Shown piece by piece: positions 43,922-55,436 of a DNA stretch of 64,000 bases. The notes below the pieces were generated by a model, which was not told where the DNA came from, did no database searches, and saw only the letters and a list, made by a program, of their open reading frames with translations. The stretch comes from Diplonema japonicum (lineage: Eukaryota; Protista; Euglenozoa: Diplonemea), in assembly GCA_964019335.1 (NCBI GenBank), contig OZ025653.1, positions 744,001-808,000 of the forward strand, in the 5' to 3' direction. Both the position numbers and the translations under genes were made by a program. Numbering within the stretch: the first letter of the stretch is position 1; every line of letters starts with the position of its first letter.

Positions 43922-45215
43922 AGTGTCAGTGAGTAGTAGTAGTGGTGTCCGCATAAGGTATCTTCGGACATATGCTTGTTTTGTTGTTGTGTTGATCATC
44001 AGAGTGTGTGTCAGTGCCGCAATGCTCCCATCCCCATCCCCACCCCCCAGGACAAACCAGTAAAGAGGTCAGTGATCTTGGTTGTATTGCGAATGGAAAA
44101 ATAATCAACACACCACAGTGTTCATACGCCAGGTAAAGTTAAAGTGTGCATCATTCCGGTTATTCTGAATCCCCCACCCCAGTAACAAATTGGGAAATAT
44201 CTTTGATGCAAGCTCAGTCCCGACACCTTGCTGCAATGTCGTCAGTGTTGAAGGTAAGTCTTTTCCCTTCAGTCAGGTGGCTCATGCTCTGCAGAACTGA
44301 ACCTATTGTCTGTCATGTCGATCATTCGCTTTACTCTTCTGGTTGTAACAGGCAACGGGGAAAAAAAAAAGGGAGGGAAAGTGTTCAGACAGCCCGTCGT
44401 TTTTGTCACCAGAGGCAACACCGAAGTGAGCAGTAAGGCATCAGCTTGCAAATACGAACAGTTTCATCACCACACTATCGAGGAAAAGGGCGGTACTCCT
44501 GTTGCAGGAAGCCAGACATCTGGGGAGTTTGGGTGTGCGTGCGGTTCCATATCCGGAAGGGACGCGACCGTTAAACGCCCGATGGAAGGCAAAGGAAGAA
44601 CAGCGCTGGCCGGTTGGGATGTGAGCACCATGGGGGTCAGGTAGAGCTCAACTTGTGGTTTCAAGGAGGGCATGTTGCCTTCTCAAGGAACAGAAATCTA
44701 AAATAAGTTTTTTATCTCATCATCTTCAGAATGAGAGGGACCTTTGGCCAAGGCCAACAACCACCCAGATTGAGACCAAAAAAAGAAGGACAAAGGTGTT
44801 CAGACAGCCCGTCGTTTTTGTCACCAGAGGCAACACCGAAGTGAGCAGTAAGGCATCAGCTTGCAAATACGAACAGTTTCATCACCACACACTGCTGTCC
44901 ACCACACCGATGCTTAGAGGTGTCGATGCAAGTCAGTTGAAATAGTAGTAGAAATAAGTATCTTCAGAAGAGTACTTCGGACATATGCTTGTTTTGATTT
45001 AGTTGGCATCACACAAGGAAAGTGCAAAAAGAGGAGTCCTTCCTGGGGAGTTTGGGTGTTTGCGAAAACTAGGATTAACAAGCCAGAAGATGTAAGCTCA
45101 GTCCCGACACCTTGCTGCAATGTCGTCAGTGTTGAAGGTAAGTCTTTTCCCTTCAGTCAGGTGGCTCATGCTCTGCAGAACTGAACCTGTTGTCTGTCAC
45201 GTCGATCATTCGCTT
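43922..45215 (-). ncRNA. snoRNA array 3 (snR74-like x2, U24-like, orphan long C/D x2, snR70-like x2, X, one unique C/D)
   Basis: Same modules in a different order, including diverged copies. Confidence 0.85.
44633..44727 (-). ncRNA. Box C/D snoRNA (single copy) with a D' guide to LSU GAACAGAAAUCU
   Basis: Perfect box C AUGAUGA (44717-44723), D CUGA (44637-44640), D' UUGA (44683-44686); 12-nt antisense element, D'+5 = C. Confidence 0.7.
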
Positions 45216-45301
45216 ACTCTTCTGGTTGCAACGGGCAACGGGAAAAAAAAAGGGGGAGAAGGGAAAATGTGCAGACCCCTCGTTTTTGTCACCAGGCAAC
45301 A

Positions 45302-45690
45302 GTCCTGGAGAGACTAAGTGGGAAAACAGTCACAATGGTTATTGACCCAGCTACAACATCAGGGAGATCCTTCCCAGGTGTTGGTAACCAAAAAGACTCC
45401 TACTTTACAAGGTAGAGGAGTTTACCTTTACTTCTCTCACTTCAAAGAACATCAAGGCGAGTCTTCAAACCCTGATCAGGGAATTGAAGGAACAGAGGAA
45501 GATCAATGTCTTCAACATTGAAGCAGACGATTCTAGCAATATGCAGAAAGCATTGAAGAGTTTGTGTAAAGACCTTCAAATCTTAGGCACAGGAGGCTGA
45601 CAACAAAGAGCCAAGTGCTATAGAGAACTGGTGTGAAGTCAGGTGGAACAGTTCACAAGACGGTCCTCAGTAACTTAAACTTAAGGCAAT
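45302..45690 (+). pseudogene. Decayed hAT transposase fragment inserted in a snR70-like snoRNA copy
   Basis: Frameshifted pieces LSGKTVTMVIDPATTSGRS, IEADDSSNMQKALKSL and WCEVRWNS; flanked by the two halves of the snoRNA. Confidence 0.6.
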
Positions 45691-46504
45691 ATCGAAGCTT
45701 GCAAACGAACAGTTTCATCACTACCTCGTAACAAGTAGCCAACAGCTGAGTTCTGGAAGAGAGTGGCCATAAAACGCCTGCTGGCACTTTTACCCATAGG
45801 TACAAGAACAGAAACAATAAAAATTCACCACGAGGAGTAAGGGCAACGACTGCCCTCACACCGAACAAAGATGAAGAAAAGAAAACTAACTTAACCCATA
45901 ACACTCCGGGGCCTATCTACATAGGGGTCCCTTTTTTGCTCCTTTTCATAATCTGAGGGGGAAAATGGCAGCATTCAACCCCTTGGTGGGTGGATAACAA
46001 GGTAAAGTGATGCAGCGCATTAATTGCAGTTGAGAATAACTCCTCACTATAGTCGTTCTTGGAGATCCGGGGTCGTGGGGACGAAAAAGTACTTAGAGAA
46101 AAAAACGATTTTTCAAAACGACAAATATTTGCGCCTTGGAGTGTTATGGGTTAATAAAGAAGTGCAGTGAACACCTTCGAGAATTCCGTCGCAGGGTGGA
46201 GCAAGAAGCCTGCTGACGGTAAAGAAGACCATCCAGGCATGGACACTGTACAGGTCACTTTGCTTGGTGGTGAAAACACTTCAAAAGTGCTAAACGTTAA
46301 GGTTGCAAACCACACGGCCGGATGAGTAGCACGGTCACACGCCAGACACAAGAGGGTACACGGTCACGGCAGTCACGTGGAAATTGCATCCTTTGGAAAA
46401 ACAAACAACGGGATGGATGGAACAATGTTAGAAAGCACTTGGTCAACTGCATGAGTGGTGGAGTCGACCAAGGGTGCCAAGGTGGGTTGTGGTGTGCCAG
46501 ACGG

Positions 46505-47221
46505 TCATGCGGCTTGAGCGTGTGTTTCACGCAGGGCCGACAGTTTGGTGAGCTGCTGGCCTTCAGCGTTGAAGTTCGAGGGTTCAAGCCATGCCTTGAA
46601 GGCCCGCTGCATCGCAGGCCACTCGCTGTCGAGAATCGAGAACCACGCTGTATCACGGTTGCGCCCCTTGTAGACGATGGCCTGGCGGAACACACCCTCC
46701 GCAGTGAACCCGAAACGCTCAGCAGCACGACATGATGGCTCGTTTAAGGAGTCACACTTCCACTCGTAGCGGCGGTAGCCCAGCTCGAACACGTGTGACA
46801 TCATCAGGTACATGGCTTCCGTGGCTGCACGCGTGCGTTGCAGATGCGGTGAAAACGTAATGGAACCTACTTCGAGCAGGCCTTGTGCCTGGTTGATACG
46901 CATGTAGCTTGCCATGCCCACTGCTTTGTTAGTGTCCTGATTAATGATCGCGAAGTAAGGCTGCTCATCGACACCACTGGCACCCTCAACCCACTCCCGC
47001 AGGGACTCGGGGGTCTCAAATGGCCCGTATCCCCTGTTGTAGGTCCACACTGAGGGGTCGTCCTTGAAGGCTGCGAACAGGTCATCCACGTGATTCACGG
47101 CGATAGGCTCCACACGTGCATAGCGTCCTGTCATGCTTACGTGCCCTGGGTGCGGCACTTCCTTCCAGCCGGGGACCTCCGGTCCAATAGGTTGACTAAA
47201 TTCGTTAACACGCTGCGTCAT
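46505..47221 (-). CDS. GNAT acetyltransferase, RimJ/RimL family, copy 2; intronless
   Basis: Same family motifs as copy 1; ATG at 47221; 3' half is nucleotide-identical to copy 1. Confidence 0.92.
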   Translation of the reverse strand: MTQRVNEFSQPIGPEVPGWKEVPHPGHVSMTGRYARVEPIAVNHVDDLFAAFKDDPSVWTYNRGYGPFETPESLREWVEGASGVDEQPYFAIINQDTNKAVGMASYMRINQAQGLLEVGSITFSPHLQRTRAATEAMYLMMSHVFELGYRRYEWKCDSLNEPSCRAAERFGFTAEGVFRQAIVYKGRNRDTAWFSILDSEWPAMQRAFKAWLEPSNFNAEGQQLTKLSALRETHAQAA

Positions 47222-47275
47222 TTTATGTCCTGTTCGGAGAGAATGAAAACGAATTGCCAACATTGTTTTGTTGCC

Positions 47276-48295
47276 TCATCTGGGGAGTTTGGGTGTGCGT
47301 GCGGTTCCATATCCGGAAGGGACGCGACCGTTAAACGCCCGGAAATGCATTCCTCCAAAAAAGGGAAAGGTCAGTGATCTTGGTTGTATTGCGAATGGAA
47401 AAATAATCAACACACCACAGTGTTCATACGCCAGGTAAAGTTAAAGTGTGCATCATTCCGGTTATTCTGAATCCCCCACCCCACCCCAGTAACAAATGGG
47501 AAATATCTTATAATTTTGATGTAAGCTCAGTCCCGACACCTTGCTGCAATGTCGTCAGTGTTGAAGGTAAGTCTTTTCCCTTCAGTCAGGTGGCTCATGC
47601 TCTGCAGAACTGAACCTGTTGTCTGTCATGTCAATCATTCGCTTTACTTCTTCTACCCTTATTTATCTGTCTGTTGTCTGGGCAGTGTTTTGACTGCAGT
47701 TGCCACCAAAGGCGTTAAGTCGATAACTAGCGACTGCAGCTTCGAGCACTGCCTGAGTGGAGGCTTGTAACTAGCACTGTATCAGTGAGTAGTAGTAGTG
47801 GTGTCCGCATAAGGTATCTTCGGACATATGCTTGTTTTGTTGTTGTGTTGATCATCAGAGTGTGTGTCAGTGCCGCAATGCTCCCATCCCCATCCCCACC
47901 CCCCAGGACAAACCAGTAAAGAGGTCAGTGATCTTGGTTGTATTGCGAATGGAAAAATAATCAACACACCACAGTGTTCATACGCCAGGTAAAGTTAAAG
48001 TGTGCATCATTCCGGTTATTCTGAATCCCCCACCCCAGTAACAAATTGGGAAATATCTTTGATGCAAGCTCAGTCCCGACACCTTGCTGCAATGTCGTCA
48101 GTGTTGAAGGTAAGTCTTTTCCCTTCAGTCAGGTGGCTCATGCTCTGCAGAACTGAACCTGTTGTCTGTCATGTCGATCATTCGCTTCTCCCACCCCACA
48201 CATTGTGAACCGCCTTGGACCTGCAACTGGTATCTGGGGAGTTTGGGTGTGCGTGCGGTTCCATATCCGGAAGGGACGCGACCGTTAAACGCCCG
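47276..48295 (-). ncRNA. snoRNA array 4 (X x2, U24-like x2, orphan long C/D x2, snR46-like, snR74-like, degenerate V hairpin)
   Basis: 47274-48185 is near-identical to 16666-17582; lies directly upstream of GNAT copy 2. Confidence 0.85.
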
Positions 48296-48530
48296 ATGGA
48301 AGGCAAAGGAAGAACAGTGGCATGTGTCAGCGTCCTGTACACACAATCAAGATATACGAATAACAGATACTAAGCATATTGAGCGAGCTTGTGAGTAGCA
48401 CCAGGCAGTGCGTGGGGACGCAGCACCTAGAATGCCTGCAACATTACAGATTGTCAAACGGCTGGTGCACGGTAGCACCGGTGGCGACGCCTCGAATACA
48501 GCAATAAAGTGCATTAGTCATCTTACTTTT

Positions 48531-49250
48531 CTACAGTCTGCTGTCCACAGACGCCCCCCTTAAAAGGAAGGGATTATACACAGAGGACGGGCACTGGCAG
48601 GCTGTTTTCCCACAGTCACAACACGCTATGTTTCCTGTAGTGTAGTGTAGTGTAGTGTAGTGTAGTGTAGTGTAGTGTAGTGTAGTGTAGTGTAGTGTAG
48701 TGTAGTGTAGTGTAGTGTAGTGTAGTGTAGTGTAGTGTAGTGTAGTGTAGTGTAGTGTAGTGTAGTGTAGTGTAGTGTAGTGTAGTGTAGTGTAGTGTAG
48801 TGTAGTGTAGTGTAGTGTAGTGTAGTGTAGTACAGAGTTTAGTTCTTTGAACTCCGGCATACCAGGACATATTTCGGGCGGCTTGGATTGTGGATTGCAA
48901 CATGTCTGACCGGCCTGGCACGTGTTGCAAGCAGGCTTCGGTGGTGTAGGAGGGGGGGGCGGTACAGGAGGAGGTGTAGGTTCAGGCGTTGGTGCAGGTG
49001 TAGGTCCTGGGGGTGGGGTTTTAATAGCACAATCAGTGTTCTCAACGCATGTAGGAGGGTCGAAGATAGTGTACCACATGCAACTTTTACCAGTCCCCGG
49101 CTCTTGCAATAGAGGCACATACCCCTTGGCACATGCGGTCTCATTGAACATCCACCCGCAGTCCTGTACTGGCTCCGTGCCGCACTCTAGCCCGTCCGCA
49201 CCTCTAAGGATAACACTCATCACAACAAAAACACATAACTGGCATATCAT
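48531..49250 (-). CDS. Secreted Cys/Pro-rich protein (2 exons)
   Basis: Signal peptide MICQLCVFVVMSVILRGADG; Cys modules separated by a PT linker; intron 48635-48862. Confidence 0.7.
   Translation of the reverse strand: MICQLCVFVVMSVILRGADGLECGTEPVQDCGWMFNETACAKGYVPLLQEPGTGKSCMWYTIFDPPTCVENTDCAIKTPPPGPTPAPTPEPTPPPVPPPPPTPPKPACNTCQAGQTCCNPQSKPPEICPGMPEFKELNSVLHYTTLHYTTLHYTTLHYTTLHYTTLHYTTLHYTTLHYTTLHYTTLHYTTLHYTTLHYTTLHYTTGNIACCDCGKTACQCPSSVYNPFLLRGASVDSRL
48636..48830. repeat. (TGTAG)39 pentanucleotide microsatellite inside an intron
   Basis: Perfect tandem array of 195 bp. Confidence 0.97.
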
Positions 49251-49306
49251 TTCTCCAACCCCCTGTGGATGATTTAAATGAGTCCCCCCCCCCCCCCCCC
49301 CCCCCC

Positions 49307-50281
49307 TAGGGATGCTGGCATGGAAACGCGTTTCCATGCATTTTTTGAAAAAAAGGGAAACGGAAACGGAAACGGCAACGTTTCCCTATTTTGGGGCCGT
49401 TTCCTTGGGGCAGAAGCGTTTCCTTATTTTGGGGGTTTTAGAGACTTATTTTTTTGGGGGCAAATCACTCGGAAGAAATATACGAGACAAAGGGGGCCAG
49501 CGCCCTGGGGAAATCTTTTGGGTTTCGATGAAAGATGCGATTGTGGCATCCATTTTTTGAACAGCGTCGTCAACCAGCCTTCCGCTCAGAGCTTTCCTGT
49601 CCGGTAGCTCGTACGTGGCCCCGAGCGGAAGGCGCTTCACCTTCTCAAACAGTGCCTTGAATGTTCTGTGAACAGAAAATATGAGAGGACACGAAACAGA
49701 TAAACATCATACCGATGTTCGACCCTCAAAAATGGGGTCCCAGTTTCGAGAAAGAAATCTCGAACGCAGTTAAAAATGGCATCATTGGCCTGTTCTCCAC
49801 TTTACGCTTCTTCGTTCCCTCTGCCTCAGCCTTCGCCTCCGCTGTCGCTTTCTCCAACAGCCTCTTGTGGGGCTCCACACTATCCCCTTTGGGGACACAC
49901 GTCGCTACTCCTTGGCCTTTTGTTTGGAACATGTGGGCGCGGAGTCTGCTGGTTGACGCTACTGTGAAGACCATATCACATATTACAGAAGCGACATTTT
50001 ACTGTCTTCTTCCCATCCTCCGCCTGAACCTCCACCCCATCCCACAAGCGCCTCCCAGGGGGTGCTTTCTCTGGACCATGTTTACTTTCGTTTTTGTAGA
50101 GACCGACGTGCGCTTTCCTTGTAAAACCCCAAAAGTAAGTATCTTTCAAAAACCCCAAATATATAAGGACCTTCTAAACAGTGTTTACCGAAATATACAT
50201 AACCATGGAAACGCGTTTCCATGAGAATTTTGAAAACATGGAAACGGAAACGTTTCCACGTTTCCTGCCAGCATAGCCCTA
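49307..50281 (-). mobile_element. Non-autonomous hAT transposon (internally deleted) with BED-finger transposase remnant
   Basis: TIRs TAGGG(CT)ATGCTGGCA; subterminal GGAAAC(G) repeats in both orientations; W...KCRFC...RLRAHM...VATC BED finger and FKALF...YELPDRKALSGRL fragment. Confidence 0.8.
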
Positions 50282-50563
50282 GGGGGGGTCATATGGTCCT
50301 TAAAAAGGGCCACTTTTTGCCCTTTTTCAGGCTCTTCGCCAAGGGCATTTTGGGCCCTTAAAAAAACTGTAACCACCCCAAAAGTGCCCACAAATCACCC
50401 AAACCCCCGTTTCCCGATGGTTTCCGGCCCCAGAAGTGCCCAGAATCATGTTCTAATTTTGGGGCCCCCGTTTGGTACTTTCCCTATGTAATCCTAGGGG
50501 CCCCTATTTTATGTTGCCCCCCCCCCATCCCACCCAGTAACAAATGGGAAATATCTTTGATGC

Positions 50564-50738
50564 AAGCTCAGTCCCGACACCTTGCTGCAATGTCGTCAGT
50601 GTTGAAGGTAAGTCTTTTCCCTTCAGTCAGGTGGCTCATGCTCTGCAGAACTGAACCTGTTGTCTGTCATGTCGATCATTCGCTTCATCTCTCCCCACAG
50701 TGTGAGCCGCCTTGGACCTGTAACCGGTATCTGGGGAG
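50564..50738 (-). ncRNA. snoRNA array 5 remnant: orphan long C/D (50564-50685) plus AGA-box hairpin V (50685-50738)
   Basis: V has a perfect P1 CUCCCCA/UGGGGAG followed by AGA, 14 nt from the upper stem. Confidence 0.65.
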
Positions 50739-51114
50739 TTTGGCCTGCGGTCAGTCATGCCAATGACTGTTCTTCGCTTTGCTTAAATGCAAAATATGAT
50801 GCAGGAAAACCTAAACTACATGTGAAGATCTCACTGCCCCACCTTTATGACTAGTCCTCAAAAACAACGGGTGCCTCTCCATGGCGGTTTAAACATGCTA
50901 TCTCGGCATGGCCCGGTAGAAAGGAGGGAGAAAGCAGTCAGGATTACAAACAAGAATCAAGATGACGGTACTTACTTCTTTGGTTTGGAAAAACCACAAA
51001 AACTGAGAAGAATAATGGTTATGTGACGCTTGAGTTGATCGTCCAGTCCAATTCTTCTTTTTTGGCTTGGTGCTTCTCAGGTTTCATGCGTGTCCTGTTG
51101 CTTTCTGTGGTGAC

Positions 51115-54100
51115 TTATTTTGCATACGTAGAATGAGCAGTGGAGCGCCGCTTCATTTTAACGTGTTCTGAAGATACCTCCTGGCTGCGGGGGATGTACG
51201 ACATAAGAGACGAGGCGGAAGAGCCGCTTGACATCCACTCATCTGCAGTTTCTGACTTGCGCCGCTTGCTGCTGTGCGCATCGGAGCGAGGGCTGCTGGG
51301 CTTAGCGAAGCTTGTGCTGATACGTGGTATGCTTAGTTGCATCTCCTCATCGCTTTCCATTGCCGGTATCAGCATCTCGTCCCTGTTGACATAGTCGAAC
51401 AGCTCATGGTTTGCAAGCTCTAGTGCCGTGAGCCGTTCTGTCGGGTTTATCTTCAGGCAAGACATGATGAAGTTGCGTTCCAAGTCGCCCACCTTCTCAG
51501 GGAACTCGATCTCATCTTCACTCTGCAGCATGCCGATATGCCTGGCCACTTTCATCCAGTTGTCCCCAGCGTTGCACCATAGCATCCTGCCTGTCAACAT
51601 TTCGAAGGTGAGAACCCCTATTGACCATATGTCAACGCTACATGTGTACGGGACTTCATTAATTACCTCCGGTGCCATGTAGCTGGGAGTGCCCACGAAC
51701 CGCTTCACCAGCTCGCCTTCGTCCTGCTGTATAGCACAGCCAAAATCAGACAATTTGCACGTTCCGTTGGCGGAGAACAACAGCTGTGAAGGTGTGAAGA
51801 ATCAAAATATTTTCATACGTTCTCACTCTTGATGTCTCTATGAATGACGCACTGCTCGTGGAGGAAGGTGAGAGCGCATAGGATGTCGGAAAGACAGCAT
51901 GCTGTAGTGTTTGTGTCTAGGTATGAAAACTCCCTGACCAGCTGGCTGAGGGAGCCGCCTGGTGCATATTCCATGAAGATGTGAAGCTCTGTGTTATTTC
52001 TTTCGCAATAAAAGTAGTGCACAATGCAGTCATGACGGTGGTTCGACAGCAGCTGCACCTCTCCCAAGACGGACTTGAGCTCGTCCTCAGGCTTATCAGT
52101 GATGTCAATGACCTTGACAGCCATGATACCATGTGTGAAGAGGTTTGTCGCCTTGTAAACTTCACTGAAGGCGCCTTTCCCGAGTTTGCCCGATTTGGTC
52201 CATGGGCACCCCCCCGCACCGAACGTCTCACGCAGTGCGACGAGTTCTTCTTGCGCCTTTCGATGCGAAAATAGATTGCTTTCAGCTTGCCGCAAAACCT
52301 CGCTGAGCTTCTTCATCCTTACAGGCCTCTCGAGGAGCTGAACGTTGGATCTCTTCGCTAACTCCAAAACCTTCGTGTCAGTCTGGCTCTCTACGATGAG
52401 TATAACCTGCAGATTCTTTTTACTGTGCAAAGAGGGGAGCATCGATTGAGCATTTCGTGCTTGCATGTCCAGCACGAGTAAGTCAGCACCGGAGAGGTCG
52501 AGCTTATCGCCAACGGAGGCAACAGCAGCGTGCCCTCTGCGCCACATGGCGTGGATGATGGGTCGCCGCTCGAAGGCGTTGTCCATGATCAACAGGGAAT
52601 TAAAATTTGCCCCAACGTTGCGCATGTCGACGACGTCAGTAGAAGTCGAGATGACACAGGGCAGCGAAATTAAGAAGGTACTGGACTCGTAACTGATCTC
52701 GCCACCCATTTGCTTCACTGCTAGCTTAACTTTTGCTAGAGCAGCAGACCTCTCGGGGTCAAATACATCGATTGTTTCCATGCCATACTCATCGATGTCC
52801 ATCCCACAGCCCGTCAGCTTGAAGACGAGCGACCCAGCACCGCTGAGTAATTCTGTCTCGAAAATGGTGAGAATAAGAGCTTCCTCCGATATCGCTGCAC
52901 CATTGTTCAAAAGGAAGAGCAGCACGTTAAAAGTGCGTCCCCTGTCCATAATTACATCTGCAGGAAGGTCCTTGTCTGCTTTGATTTCCATGCCTGGGGC
53001 AAAGAAGGGACAGTCGTTACGGAAGGCAGACTCCAAATCAACGATGAGAGATTTCAGATTGACAGCACTCCATGCGCTGAAGGACACGTCGATCATGTTC
53101 TGGCACAAAGGTTCGTACTTCTCAACGATTTGAACTGCTTCTCTTGCGAAGTTGCAAGCGACACCCATCTCTTCACGTTCCTCAGCGGTGTCCAGTGCTC
53201 TAGAGACAGAGAGGATGGGTCCCCTCACGGCATTGTACAGCCACGTCGTGTAAAGAGAGGCATAGTTTTCGTTCCCAAGATCCTTCCCCGACCCGATTAA
53301 TATGCCGGACGAAGTCTGCTTCGATGAAGGGTTCGTGTCTGATACTAAATTTGCAGGCTGGAAGCTCAACATCAGCATGGTAGAATGGTGGTTGCTGTGA
53401 ACGGTAAATATACTCTGCAAGGAAACTTCTCCGCGCTGTGCTTCTGATATGCAAACCTCCAACCTCGCCTGGTGCTCCTGGTCATGAAGAAAGGTCATGA
53501 AATTTTTCCCGTGCATTTCGCGGGAAGAAAGCCCCGTACACCCTGCGATTTTCTCGTTCCAGTATACAATGGTGTAGTCAGAGCGTAGTGCGAACAATGC
53601 AAGATGCTGCATAGCCGTGGTTGCTGATGTGAGGTGCAGCTTGTCCAAAATATTAAGCAGCAAGCCTTGACTCTCTTGGGTGTCCACTACCGAGTCTCCT
53701 TCCACAATCTTTGTTAAGTGGTCAAGTACCTTTCCCTTCGGACTCCTGGTGCCTCTGTATGTCCGCGACAAGGGGTTCGTCCGCCCGCTAATCGACCTCC
53801 TGAGGGTACTTATCTCGCGTGTTGGCGATGAAGGGAACGACGCAAAAGACATGTCGCGCATTGAAGGCGTCTTCGTTGTAGCCTTCTCGATAGAGCGCAT
53901 GACCGTGTTTGCGATGCTAGCCGCGTTTGAATCGTCACTCGACAGCAACGGTGACATCATCGCACTGATCGTCCTCAGCTCCTTCTGGATGTCCTTTGAC
54001 ACAGCCCTCCCGCGAGGATCCTCGATCTGCGACAACGCTAATTTTCTGTAATGCGGCTCGTATTTCATGCTCTGCTCTGGTGCGGTGTACGCCTTCTTGA

Positions 54101-55338
54101 ATAAAATGTGAGCAATCTGACCAAGAGGCAACCAGAGGCACAACGACAAGACAGTAGATACTATGGTAGACACCATATAGTTGTCACCGTTCAATGTTCG
54201 GAAATAACAAAATACACCGAAAGCTGCGCACCGCAGTATCACAAAACCTGCTCTTTCCGTGAACGTCCTTAACGAGAAAACATAAGTCACGACCCAAAGA
54301 GGTGTGAACAAATTTGCGTCCACCCAGTCAAGGGGGAGAAGCACAGGATGGTAGGCAATGGATAAAAGGGCCATTTGCTGATGTTTGATGGAAGCACCGC
54401 GCTCGCATAAGAAGCCCAAAGTCACGTGAAAACCGATGAAGCCAACGGCCAGCAGCAGCACAATGAGGGACTCCTCAACAGCTGCGATGGTTACTAGGAC
54501 AAAGTTCAGGAAGATACATGACATGAGCAGTACAATATCGACCATTGTAGATATTCCTTGGTTGGTGTGGATATCGACGTGTGGGCATGTCTTGGTAAGA
54601 ATCCTAGCATGAAGAGGTAGGACGCAGCGTGAGCCCGAGATTTCCGACACGATGTGCTCGACGCTGCGGGTGTAAAGTGCTGTGATGTGAAAATGAATAC
54701 CTGCTAATAATCTGCTCGCGAGACTCAATCAGCTGGATAAGCACGTGTTCGACATAAGCCCCTGACATGTACGAATGGAGCTTCCGCACAGTAACGTCCC
54801 ACGACATCAGGAAGGCCGCCACGTCGTCCTTTATGCTCTCACTGCTCACCAAATGCATAAAGCTGGTCGCCTCAAATGTGTCTTCGATAACCCTATTCAC
54901 CTCGAGTAACACCAAGTTCGACTCTTTCAGAAAACTGGCATCTTGCTTGCCGATCACCACATTATTCAAAACATAAGCCAAGAGCGACGGCAGGAGCTCC
55001 AACTTGTCATATGCATGCAAATGTGACTTAACGATAGGCCCGTGTTGTGCAAGGCTCATTTTGAAGATTTCGGGGAACAAGGTAGGCTTTCTGCTAAGCC
55101 CTGTTGAGTCTCGGAGACTCTTAACTGACAAGGTACGCAGCGTTGCAGTTGCCTCATCTGGTATGAGCGGCAGGTTATCAATAGGGTCATGCTTCACAGA
55201 TACAAACTCCCCAGCGTAGGTGTCATCTGATGCAATCACAATTGTCTTCGATCTTGGGTCCGCTACTGAGGATTTGTACTCCATTGTGAGACGCACATAT
55301 TTCCTGCTTGACATTAACACAGGCATATACAATGACAT
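51115..55338 (-). CDS. Multi-TM sensor kinase: TM region, PAS, degenerate histidine-kinase and receiver-like domains, STE11/MAP3K-type Ser/Thr kinase (multi-exon)
   Basis: IVYWNEKIAGCTGLS (PAS); NAVRGPI, DRGRTFNVLLFLLNNG, MGGEI (HK-like); DLLVLDM (REC-like); GKGAFSEV, AVK, HRDIKSEN, DFG, GTPSYMAPE. Confidence 0.85.
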
Positions 55339-55436
55339 CTACTGGTCCCAGTCGAGAGACCTTTCAACACTGCTCTACTTACTTTAAAGTACTTTACAAC
55401 TTCTCAAGAGCCTCCACTGCGTCACGAACACCTCCC

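Noticed and set aside
48616-48930. LHYTT-repeat protein
   Set aside because: Read-through translation of an intronic (CTACA)n microsatellite
50282-50525. Possible further transposon end next to the hAT
   Set aside because: Composition is suggestive, but no convincing TIR pair or TSD was found
9407-50745. Repeated short ORFs (MSSVLKVSLF..., MLIIFPFAIQ...) as a protein family, or the arrays as CRISPR or integron cassettes
   Set aside because: The ORFs are short with variable ends; there is no repeat-spacer periodicity, cas gene or integrase; the GTTAAAC in X has no partner attC site; box and guide motifs explain the conservation
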